From contig BOKR01000001.1 in NCBI GenBank assembly GCA_016861085.1, positions 67,271-131,270 of the forward strand: a stretch of DNA of 64,000 nucleotides, read 5' to 3'. Position 1 is the first letter of the stretch. Each line of letters opens with the position of its first letter. The position numbers were made by a program, and so were the translations under genes. The notes beneath the pieces were generated by a model, which did no database searches, was not told the DNA's origin, and saw nothing but the letters and a program-made list of their open reading frames with translations. The stretch is from Patescibacteria group bacterium. Its GTDB lineage: Bacteria > Patescibacteriota > Microgenomatia > UBA1400 > PJMF01. This document shows positions 28,998 through 36,971 of the stretch, one piece after another.

Positions 28998-29995
28998 TCT
29001 TCTTCTTGAGCTAGTGAGCCAATTACGATTGGGCCCAAGCCAAGGTCATCAGCTAGTAGTTTGATAATGTTCATGCTGTTCTCAACAGTTTTTTCCAATA
29101 TATATTGAGATTTTTTATCAAGTCTAGGGTACTCCTTGATAAACTTTTTGACGAGTATGGTTTGAAGTTTTCTGAACATTTTATTGAAATGCATGAATGA
29201 ATCATTGATTATTCTTTTTGCTTCATCTGTGTCATTTAAAAGATGCGGAAAATACCTACTTAGGGCCTGAAGTACAAGTCTATCTTCTGATTGATGTGCA
29301 TTTCGTCCTTCTTTTGAATAATAAGTGCGATGGTGATATTTAGCTATTGCCAATGTTAGCATGCTTGCCCTTGATACACCCAAAATTTTTGTTAACTGTT
29401 CTAAATACTTCTCGTATTTGGCAGAAGTCTCTGGATCTGGGTCAAGTGATAAAAGTTGTGTGAGATTGTAAACCCCGTCAGCAACTTCAGCCATAACTTT
29501 CGTAATTGAAGGCTCACCACCATCAAGATATGCTGCATGTATTGCCATGACTTCAGCAGCTTCGGCAGCCTTATAGTGGTCATCTACCTTTGTTCGGACT
29601 GGGTCACCTTCGTGGTTGAGAACACCAGATAAAATATAGGTTCCGTCTAGAGATCCGACTAAACTCATCAGCTTATCACTCCATGTTGCCCTGATATTTT
29701 TTCTGCCAGTATTTTCTCGGTAGAGTTTATTTTCACGTTCCAAAAAAGGAATTTGCAGCAAATAGGTTTGGAACCTTTGGTTATTACCACAAATGTCAAG
29801 TAGCTTAGCAGTCGGAATGAGTTGCAAATTTTCCTGAATTTTTTGGATAAAATCTGGATTTGCTATTTGTTGATTAAATAACTCAAGATTAGTGCTTTGC
29901 AAGGTGATAAGTTCAAGGAAAAAAGAAACACACTCTGGAACAATTTCTTGTTCTTCTAAGTGAAGTCTTGTTATATCATCAATATGATGTGTCAT
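28994..29995 (-). CDS. Hypothetical protein with MazG/HisE-like NTP pyrophosphatase motif
   Basis: YKAAEAAEV...AEVADGVYN...AIAKYHHR; ATG at 29995 downstream of TATAAT. Confidence 0.55.
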   Translation of the reverse strand: MTHHIDDITRLHLEEQEIVPECVSFFLELITLQSTNLELFNQQIANPDFIQKIQENLQLIPTAKLLDICGNNQRFQTYLLQIPFLERENKLYRENTGRKNIRATWSDKLMSLVGSLDGTYILSGVLNHEGDPVRTKVDDHYKAAEAAEVMAIHAAYLDGGEPSITKVMAEVADGVYNLTQLLSLDPDPETSAKYEKYLEQLTKILGVSRASMLTLAIAKYHHRTYYSKEGRNAHQSEDRLVLQALSRYFPHLLNDTDEAKRIINDSFMHFNKMFRKLQTILVKKFIKEYPRLDKKSQYILEKTVENSMNIIKLLADDLGLGPIVIGSLAQEED

Positions 29996-30102
29996 TAAAA
30001 AAATATTATAAGATATTTTAAAACCAAAGTCAACAGTCTTTCTCACTTGCTAACTTTAAAAAACGTTTGTAGTATGGAGGTCTCAATACCGGTTGGTTTA
30101 GA

Positions 30103-30720
30103 ATGGATATCCGTATGAAATTGCCTCGAGCAGTCCAAAATTTAATAGAAAAATTTGAAAAATTACCTGGTGTTGGACCAAAGTCGGCGCAGCGTTTAGT
30201 ATTTTACTTGCTTCACAATCCGGACCATGAGTTAGAAGATTTTGCACAGAAAATTACTGCGCTTAAGAAAAATACTGTTTTGTGTGAACACTGCCACAAC
30301 GTGAGTGAATCTAATCCCTGCAGTATCTGTGGCGACCCAAGCAGAGAAGTTGAAGTTTTATGTGTAGTTGAACAGCCTTTAGACGTGATTGCTTTAGAAC
30401 GATCAAATTCTTTCAAAGGGAAATACCATGTGTTGCATGGGAGTATTGCACCATTAAACAACATTGGGCCAGATCAGTTATTTTTACATGATATAGCGGA
30501 TCGTTTAGAGGGGGTGACTGAACTCATTATTGCTACAAATCCAACTATGGAAGGTGAAGCCACAGCTTTGTACATCAGTGAGTATCTGGCGACTAGAGGT
30601 GCTGGTGCCAACAAAGTGACTATAACCAGAATCGGTCATGGGTTACCTATTGGGGCTGATATTGAATATGCTGATGGGGTGACGCTGGCTCGTGCTCTTG
30701 AAGGAAGACGGAAGTTATAA
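30103..30720 (+). CDS. recR: Recombination mediator RecR
   Basis: LPGVGPKSAQR, C4 Zn finger, ATNPTMEGEATA. Confidence 0.97.
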   Translation: MDIRMKLPRAVQNLIEKFEKLPGVGPKSAQRLVFYLLHNPDHELEDFAQKITALKKNTVLCEHCHNVSESNPCSICGDPSREVEVLCVVEQPLDVIALERSNSFKGKYHVLHGSIAPLNNIGPDQLFLHDIADRLEGVTELIIATNPTMEGEATALYISEYLATRGAGANKVTITRIGHGLPIGADIEYADGVTLARALEGRRKL

Positions 30721-30768
30721 GTAAGAACATTTGCGGTCAGCGCAAAATTGTGCTACACTGAGTAACAG

Positions 30769-30813
30769 ATGACACAGTTTCATCCAATATTGAACGCCAC
30801 AGAGCTCTTTTAG
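30769..30813 (+). CDS. Putative leaderless uORF (MTQFHPILNATELF) upstream of hpf
   Basis: ATG 9 nt after TG-n-TACACT; stop codon lies in the loop of a terminator hairpin. Confidence 0.4.
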   Translation: MTQFHPILNATELF

Positions 30814-30834
30814 AAGAGTCGTGGTGTTTTTTTT
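30793..30834 (+). terminator. Terminator/attenuator hairpin upstream of hpf
   Basis: aacgccac..gctctt-ttag-aagagt..gtggtgtt followed by a T run. Confidence 0.7.
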
Positions 30835-30942
30835 ATTTCGAAGCCGACCTTTTTCGTAAGAAAAAGTCGTAGCTTCGAAATACGGAAAGCGCTTTTGGGA
30901 CTTGGTCATTCATTCGAGTACAAACTTGAAGAAAGGATCCGT

Positions 30943-31272
30943 ATGACTGTAATAGTTGAGTCAAAGAAAATGAAGTTAACTCAAGCTATTAGGATCTTTG
31001 CCGAAAATCAGGCGGAGAAACTCAAAAAATTGGAGAAAGGGGTTTCACAGGTTCGTATTTACCTTGAAAGTGTTGCTCATAAGAAGTCTGACACGTACTC
31101 AAATATTGTGACGTATTGTGTTTCAATTCCAGGAAAAAACTTAGTTGTAAAAAAACATGCAGTTGATATGTATACTGCGATTGTTGATGCGACTGAAGGA
31201 GCCGTAAGAAAGCTACGAAAAGCCAACGAAAAACGCATGACTATGAAACGAAAGGCTTATAGTCCTACTTGA
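30943..31272 (+). CDS. hpf: Ribosome hibernation factor HPF/RaiA (short form)
   Basis: MKLTQAIR.FAE..AEKL, DMYTAI..A...RKLRK; RBS GAAAGGA. Confidence 0.85.
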   Translation: MTVIVESKKMKLTQAIRIFAENQAEKLKKLEKGVSQVRIYLESVAHKKSDTYSNIVTYCVSIPGKNLVVKKHAVDMYTAIVDATEGAVRKLRKANEKRMTMKRKAYSPT

Positions 31273-31308
31273 TTATTTAGGTACTTATCTTGTATCGTGT
31301 AGGTATAT

Positions 31309-31803
31309 ATGGACGATACAAATCAGATAAGTGATCAAGTTAGTGCACAAGATGACGCTGTGCAACAGGCTCAACCAACTAGCCAGCAAGTCGCATCAGC
31401 ACCTACGCCAACATCAGCCGCGGCAAATCCAAGTGGCGGTGGGACACAAAAAAACCCTCTCGATGTTCTCGAGCAGCTTTTAAGTGAAATAGATGGTGGT
31501 AAGACGGGTAATGCAACTCCTGCAAAACCGAGTGGTCCAACACCAGAAGAAATTGCGGCTCAAAAAGCTGCCGAAGAACTGGAACAAAGACGAATCGAGT
31601 ATGAACAAAAGCAAGCCCAACAGCAGGTTATTGATCAAGAAAAAATTGATCAACAGCGTCAAGCACTCGTCGAAGAGATGAGTAATGGTACGGCAAACGT
31701 TGCTCGAGCTCAACAAGACGAACAGAAAAAAATTGAGCAGGAGGAGAAGCAACAAGCAGAAGAAGGTTTCGAGATTGTTCAGTTAGATCATACAAAAATT
31801 TGA
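31309..31803 (+). CDS. Gln-rich low-complexity/coiled-coil hypothetical protein
   Basis: 164 aa ORF, Q/A/E-rich. Confidence 0.7.
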   Translation: MDDTNQISDQVSAQDDAVQQAQPTSQQVASAPTPTSAAANPSGGGTQKNPLDVLEQLLSEIDGGKTGNATPAKPSGPTPEEIAAQKAAEELEQRRIEYEQKQAQQQVIDQEKIDQQRQALVEEMSNGTANVARAQQDEQKKIEQEEKQQAEEGFEIVQLDHTKI

Positions 31804-31815
31804 TAAAAGGATAGT

Positions 31816-32505
31816 ATGCCTGGCCCAGGTGGAGCTCCGGGTATGGGGGGAATGAGTCCTCCTGGCGGAGAAATTTCAGAACAACTTGCAAAAATGATGG
31901 GGAGCAGCGCGAAAAGCGGCCCTAGTTCTGGTGGCGGCTCACCAGGATCGGGGCAAATGGGTGCAGCTCAGGTGGCGCAAGCCCAACAAATGTTGGGCCA
32001 GAGTGGCGCAATTCCTGGAGCGCTCGAAGGAAGTGCTGCTGGTAAAACTCCGGGTACTGCTGGTCAAACTGCGACACCGCCAACTCCTCCTCGAGAAGTT
32101 GGAACTATTCAAGAGGAAGTCAAGCGTGGCTTCTCTGATATCTTCACTGGCATAAAGGAATTTTTCAATATAAATACTTGGTTGGGAATTAATCCAAATA
32201 CGCTTGACCCACAACAACAGGCACAGGCTAAACAACTACATTCAAGATATCAACAACTAGATCAGGAACAACAAGCTGTTGCACGTCAAATGTTCGAAGA
32301 AAAAATGCAAAGGAAACGAAAACAAGAAGAAGAAGAGCAACGCAAAAAGCAAATGGAGGCTGAAAAACAGGCTCAATCTTTTGAAATGCCAAGTAGTCCT
32401 CAAAAAGGTGCAGTTGGCCCTGGTGGTGGGAAGAGCAAAAAACAAAATGTGTTGACGAAATTAAAGCAAGACCGAACTACACTTAATAATACCCAAGGCG
32501 AATAA
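31816..32505 (+). CDS. Gly/Pro/Gln-rich hypothetical protein with coiled coil
   Basis: 229 aa ORF with RBS AAAGGA. Confidence 0.7.
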   Translation: MPGPGGAPGMGGMSPPGGEISEQLAKMMGSSAKSGPSSGGGSPGSGQMGAAQVAQAQQMLGQSGAIPGALEGSAAGKTPGTAGQTATPPTPPREVGTIQEEVKRGFSDIFTGIKEFFNINTWLGINPNTLDPQQQAQAKQLHSRYQQLDQEQQAVARQMFEEKMQRKRKQEEEEQRKKQMEAEKQAQSFEMPSSPQKGAVGPGGGKSKKQNVLTKLKQDRTTLNNTQGE

Positions 32506-32577
32506 TTCGGGAGCTTTCTTCGCTTTGGCTCCTTTTTTCAAGATGATAGAATACAATAGTTTGAGGATACTACTTAT

Positions 32578-34068
32578 ATGCGACTAAAACTGTATAGCAC
32601 ACTGGATAAAAAAATTACTCAACTACAGCCACTTCACGAGAAAAGAGTGGGGTTATATGCCTGTGGGTTTACAGTATATGACTATACCCATATTGGTCAC
32701 TTGCGAAAATATACAATGGATGATGTGTTAATTCGAGCCTTGCGGTACGGAAACCAGAATCTTGCTGAGAAAATCGGTGTAGATTTGCAATCGTATGAAG
32801 TTACATTTGTTCAAAATGTGACTGATGTTGGTCATTTAGCTTCTGATGCTGATACTGGCGAAGACAAACTAGAAAAAGGTGCTAAAAAATATGGTAAAAG
32901 TGTTTGGGATATTGCACATGAGTTTGAAGCATATTTTTTTAAGAGTATGGACTTGATGGGTAACCTTCGACCAGATGTGAGTTGCAGAGCTACTGAGCAT
33001 ATTCAAGAACAGCTTGATATGGTGATTGAACTTGAGCGCAAAGGGTACACCTATATTATTGAGGGTGATGGAGTATATTTTGACACGAGCAAGTTTCCTG
33101 AGTATGGAAAAATGGCTGGTCTGGATGTATCGCAGCAAGAAGAAGGCGCTCGTATTGGCCTGGTAGATGGCAAGCGAAACCCTGCTGACTTTGCCCTTTG
33201 GAAATTTGAACGACCTGGAGAAAATAGGGCTATGGTATGGCCAAGTCCGTGGCATGAGAGAAGTTTTCCAGGCTGGCATATTGAATGTAGTGCAATGGCC
33301 ATGAAGTATCTGGGCGAACAGTTCGATATTCACACTGGTGGAATTGATCACATCCCGGTGCATCATACAAATGAAATTGCTCAAGCAGAAGCAACAACGG
33401 GCAAAAAACCGTTTGTGCGGTATTGGGTACATCATAATCATTTGCATATTAATGGCGAAAAAATGAGCAAGTCTCTTGGGAATTTTTTCACGATTGACGA
33501 TGTTTTAGAACGCGGCTTTCATCCAATGGCTTTGCGATTATTGTTTTTAACAGCTCACTACCGTTCAGAGATGAATTTCACTTGGGAAAATTTAGAAGGG
33601 GCACAAAAGGCGTATGAAAAGCTGTTGAAAGCAGTGTCAATGCTAGAAGAAAACTCTGTTTTAATTTCACAACTTGGTGAGTCAGCAGTTACTCACGTTA
33701 CCGCATTTTTTGAAAGTATACGCAATGATTTAAATACAGCCCAAGCAGTGAGTGTTGTCTGGTCGGTTATTAAAGATTCCTCAGTAGAAGATGCAGAAAA
33801 GAAAACAATTTTACTAGAATTTGATAAAATTTTGGGGTTAGGATTAAGTACAGCGAGGGAAACTTTGGAAGAGATTGGCAAAGCTCAAGTGACTCAAATA
33901 GAAGAAATACCAGAAGAAATCTCTCAAAAAGTTGGGCAGCGTGAGTTGGCAAGAAAAAATAAAGATTTTGCAACTTCAGACAAGATCAGAAATGAATTGC
34001 TCAAGCTAGGGTGGAGTGTTGAGGATACTTCTGTAGGGCCAGTAACCGTAAAGATAAAGAGACCATAA
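32578..34068 (+). CDS. cysS: Cysteine--tRNA ligase
   Basis: CG.TVYD..HIGH, PGWHIECSAM, KMSKSLGN. Confidence 0.97.
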   Translation: MRLKLYSTLDKKITQLQPLHEKRVGLYACGFTVYDYTHIGHLRKYTMDDVLIRALRYGNQNLAEKIGVDLQSYEVTFVQNVTDVGHLASDADTGEDKLEKGAKKYGKSVWDIAHEFEAYFFKSMDLMGNLRPDVSCRATEHIQEQLDMVIELERKGYTYIIEGDGVYFDTSKFPEYGKMAGLDVSQQEEGARIGLVDGKRNPADFALWKFERPGENRAMVWPSPWHERSFPGWHIECSAMAMKYLGEQFDIHTGGIDHIPVHHTNEIAQAEATTGKKPFVRYWVHHNHLHINGEKMSKSLGNFFTIDDVLERGFHPMALRLLFLTAHYRSEMNFTWENLEGAQKAYEKLLKAVSMLEENSVLISQLGESAVTHVTAFFESIRNDLNTAQAVSVVWSVIKDSSVEDAEKKTILLEFDKILGLGLSTARETLEEIGKAQVTQIEEIPEEISQKVGQRELARKNKDFATSDKIRNELLKLGWSVEDTSVGPVTVKIKRP

Positions 34069-34233
34069 TTCTAGATTTTTGCTCTCGACTTATCTCAGGT
34101 TTAATGATAGGATATTTGTCTGACCATTTTTGGTTGCACTTTATAAGTGCAGATATTCACGGGAAGGGATATAGTAATAGTATAACCAGGGGCTCAATAA
34201 GGAGTCTTGGGTTTTTGTATACGGTGAAGGTAT

Positions 34234-35958
34234 ATGTTACAGACATATAAGCGGTACTACCAGTTTTTATGGAAGTATAAGTGGCAAATGAGTTTGTTCA
34301 CTGTGTTTTTAGTGGCTTTATCTATTACTGAAAGTGTGTATCCATACTTTTTTAAGCTATTTGTGGACGCAATCCCACTCAAAGATCCAGTTTTATTGCT
34401 TACGATATTACTTTCTTATGTTGGTATAAGATTACTGAAGCTTGCGTTTGATTTAGCAACATACTTTTCTGGTGACAGTGCTTTGCTTGCTACAGCAAGA
34501 GATATTAGAGTTGCGGTTTTTAAGAAAATTCAAGATTTAGATTTTGCGTATCACCTTACCAAAAGCACTGGATCAATGATTTCTGCAATTAAACGTGGTG
34601 ACTTAGCTGTATTTAACTTCTTTCACATGGTGAACATCAATTTAGTTCGAGCATTGATAAGCTTTACAGTTTTATTGGTGTTATTTGCCCAGCTCAAGCT
34701 TGAAATTGCAGGATTAATGCTTTGTTCAATGATTCTTAATTCAATATTCGCTTATTTTTTAATTAAGAGAAACGTGGCTGCTAGAGTGAAGTTTAATGAT
34801 AGCGAAGATGAGGTTTCTGACGTAATTGTTGACAACCTTATCAACTTTGAAACAGTCAAGTTTTTTGCAAAGGAGCGAGCGGAGTATACAAGACTCGGAA
34901 AAACATTTGTGCCGTGGATGAAAGCACTCTGGGGATACGCAAATTCGTTTAGAGCAATTGATATTGTAATTGGGGTTACTGGCAACGCTAGTTTATTAGC
35001 AGTTTTGTACTTCGGACTACAATATCTATTGCGTGGTCAAATCTCAACTGGAGAATACATCATGATTTTGGGGTTTGTTGACTCTTTTTATGGTAGATTT
35101 TTTGATCTTGTTTTTCAGATGAGAGACGTAGCTAAAAACAATGCTGATCTACAGTCATATTTTAACGTGTTTAACAGCGATACGTTGGTGAAAGATCCCC
35201 AGAAACCTGTTGAAGTTGAGACCGTCGAAGGTGAAATTGTTTTCGACAATGTCAATTTTTCATATCCTGAGGGTAAAGGTGATGCAATTAAAGATCTGAC
35301 TTTTAAGATTGAGCCAGGTGAATCCGTGGCACTTGTTGGACGTTCTGGCGCAGGTAAAACAACAATCACAAAATTATTGATGCGTTTTTATGATCCAGTC
35401 TCTGGTGCAATTTTAATTGACGGTATTGATATTAGAACAATGACAAAGTCAAACTTGCGTTCGTTTATGGGAATTGTTCCCCAAGAGCCAGTTTTATTCA
35501 ATGAATCTATCGCATACAATATTGGCTATGGTGCTGGGACCACCGATATCACTGAAATAGCATATGCAGCAAAAATGGCAAATTTAGATGAGTTTATTAA
35601 AGACTTGCCAGAAGGCTATGATACAAAAGTTGGGGAGCGTGGTGTTCGACTTTCAGGTGGACAAAAGCAACGCTTAGCTATTGCTCGTATGATCTTGTCT
35701 AATCCAGACATTATCATTTTCGATGAGGCAACCAGTCAATTAGATAGTCAATCAGAAAAATTGATTCAAGATGCATTTTGGAAAGTATCAAAGAATAAGA
35801 CAACATTAATTATTGCTCACCGATTGTCATCAATTACAAAAGCAGACAGAATTATTGTGATGGACAACGGGCAAATTGCCGAGATGGGGACTCACAAAGC
35901 ATTACTGGCCAAAGAAGGTTTGTACGCCAAATTTTGGAAGCTACAGACAGTTGGGTAG
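34234..35958 (+). CDS. ABC transporter fused permease/ATPase (MsbA/Atm1-like exporter)
   Basis: N-terminal TMD, GRSGAGKT, LSGGQKQR, FDEATS. Confidence 0.93.
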   Translation: MLQTYKRYYQFLWKYKWQMSLFTVFLVALSITESVYPYFFKLFVDAIPLKDPVLLLTILLSYVGIRLLKLAFDLATYFSGDSALLATARDIRVAVFKKIQDLDFAYHLTKSTGSMISAIKRGDLAVFNFFHMVNINLVRALISFTVLLVLFAQLKLEIAGLMLCSMILNSIFAYFLIKRNVAARVKFNDSEDEVSDVIVDNLINFETVKFFAKERAEYTRLGKTFVPWMKALWGYANSFRAIDIVIGVTGNASLLAVLYFGLQYLLRGQISTGEYIMILGFVDSFYGRFFDLVFQMRDVAKNNADLQSYFNVFNSDTLVKDPQKPVEVETVEGEIVFDNVNFSYPEGKGDAIKDLTFKIEPGESVALVGRSGAGKTTITKLLMRFYDPVSGAILIDGIDIRTMTKSNLRSFMGIVPQEPVLFNESIAYNIGYGAGTTDITEIAYAAKMANLDEFIKDLPEGYDTKVGERGVRLSGGQKQRLAIARMILSNPDIIIFDEATSQLDSQSEKLIQDAFWKVSKNKTTLIIAHRLSSITKADRIIVMDNGQIAEMGTHKALLAKEGLYAKFWKLQTVG

Positions 35959-35974
35959 TCGCAGTAAGGCTAGA

Positions 35975-36916
35975 CTAGAACACTCCACTCTTATCCATAG
36001 TGAGCATTGTTTTTTCCCAATTTCGTTCGCGTTCTCGCCAGGTTGTTACGATCAGATCTTCAAGAGGTTCTAATTTTCTTTGACTTTCAGTCAGGTTTTG
36101 ATTGAAGTTTTTATTGACAAACCCAACTGGATTTGTCCATGCAGATGGAGGGTGACTTTTTTGTAGTTCACTTAAACTACTAAAAATTGAAGCTAGTATA
36201 TAGTGTCGAAGTTGATTTAGATTTTCATTGGGGAAAAGCCCTGACATGACAGATTCTTTTAAATTGGTTTTATGTAGCACTTGTCGTATTTGGTCTTGGG
36301 TATAGACTTGGTCTTTATTTGGTCGTGGTAGACCCATGGCCATTGCTGTATCACAAAGTGAAAATAAGAAGAGTGAAAAAGTGTCAGACCAATTAGGAAC
36401 TTGAGTTTGAAAATCAATAAGATATTTGTTGAGTTGACGGTCGTGTATATGAGCGAGGAATGCCCATTTTTGAACAAATGGTTGCAAACGAGGGCTAGTG
36501 GTCTTAGCCCAAATTCTGAGTAAATCGCCACCCATTTGTGGATGCAGCCAATGTCGAGCTCGATCATAGCTTGGGCGTTTTATGCGATCCGCAGGGTGAA
36601 CAAGTTTTTTTGCCACTTCACTGTCAATATCAGCTGCTGTTTTGCCGATATCATGTAAAAGCCAAAATGGTGCCCTAAAAAAAACACTCTGTTGAGCCGA
36701 AAAGGAAAGTTTAAGTCTTAAAAATAGGTCCTGGGCTAGTCTAGTGGCAGTGTGGTGAACCGCAACAGAATGCATGAAAGTCCCAGGGTCTCTATGTGCA
36801 AATGATTCTAGAAGTGATTTCAGCTCTGGCCAAGTCATGAGTACTTGGTCAAAAGATTTGGGGAGATTAACAGTTACCTCATGTAAGCTTGATACTTCTG
36901 GATGAACGGGATTCAT
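35975..36916 (-). CDS. HD-domain metal-dependent phosphohydrolase
   Basis: TFMHSVAV, LLHDIGK, HPQMG, HIHDR, LCD; ATG at 36916 after TATAAT. Confidence 0.75.
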   Translation of the reverse strand: MNPVHPEVSSLHEVTVNLPKSFDQVLMTWPELKSLLESFAHRDPGTFMHSVAVHHTATRLAQDLFLRLKLSFSAQQSVFFRAPFWLLHDIGKTAADIDSEVAKKLVHPADRIKRPSYDRARHWLHPQMGGDLLRIWAKTTSPRLQPFVQKWAFLAHIHDRQLNKYLIDFQTQVPNWSDTFSLFLFSLCDTAMAMGLPRPNKDQVYTQDQIRQVLHKTNLKESVMSGLFPNENLNQLRHYILASIFSSLSELQKSHPPSAWTNPVGFVNKNFNQNLTESQRKLEPLEDLIVTTWRERERNWEKTMLTMDKSGVF

Positions 36917-36971
36917 GGGCAGTATTATATACGTATTTTTAGAAAATAAACTTTGATATAATGGTGCGATT

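Noticed and set aside
30721-30942. raiA-motif ncRNA upstream of hpf
   Set aside because: The region is explained by simple hairpins and a terminator, and I could not recognise the multi-stem raiA-motif core. An Rfam search is needed to exclude it fully.
32506-32577. T-box or Cys leader peptide upstream of cysS
   Set aside because: Only 72 nt with a weak terminator; no T-box UGGNACC motif and no Cys-rich uORF.
32869-33447. 192 aa antisense ORF inside cysS (and similar ones inside 8314-8910, 37280-37786, 46611-47087)
   Set aside because: They lie antisense to conserved genes and have no motifs or expression signals.
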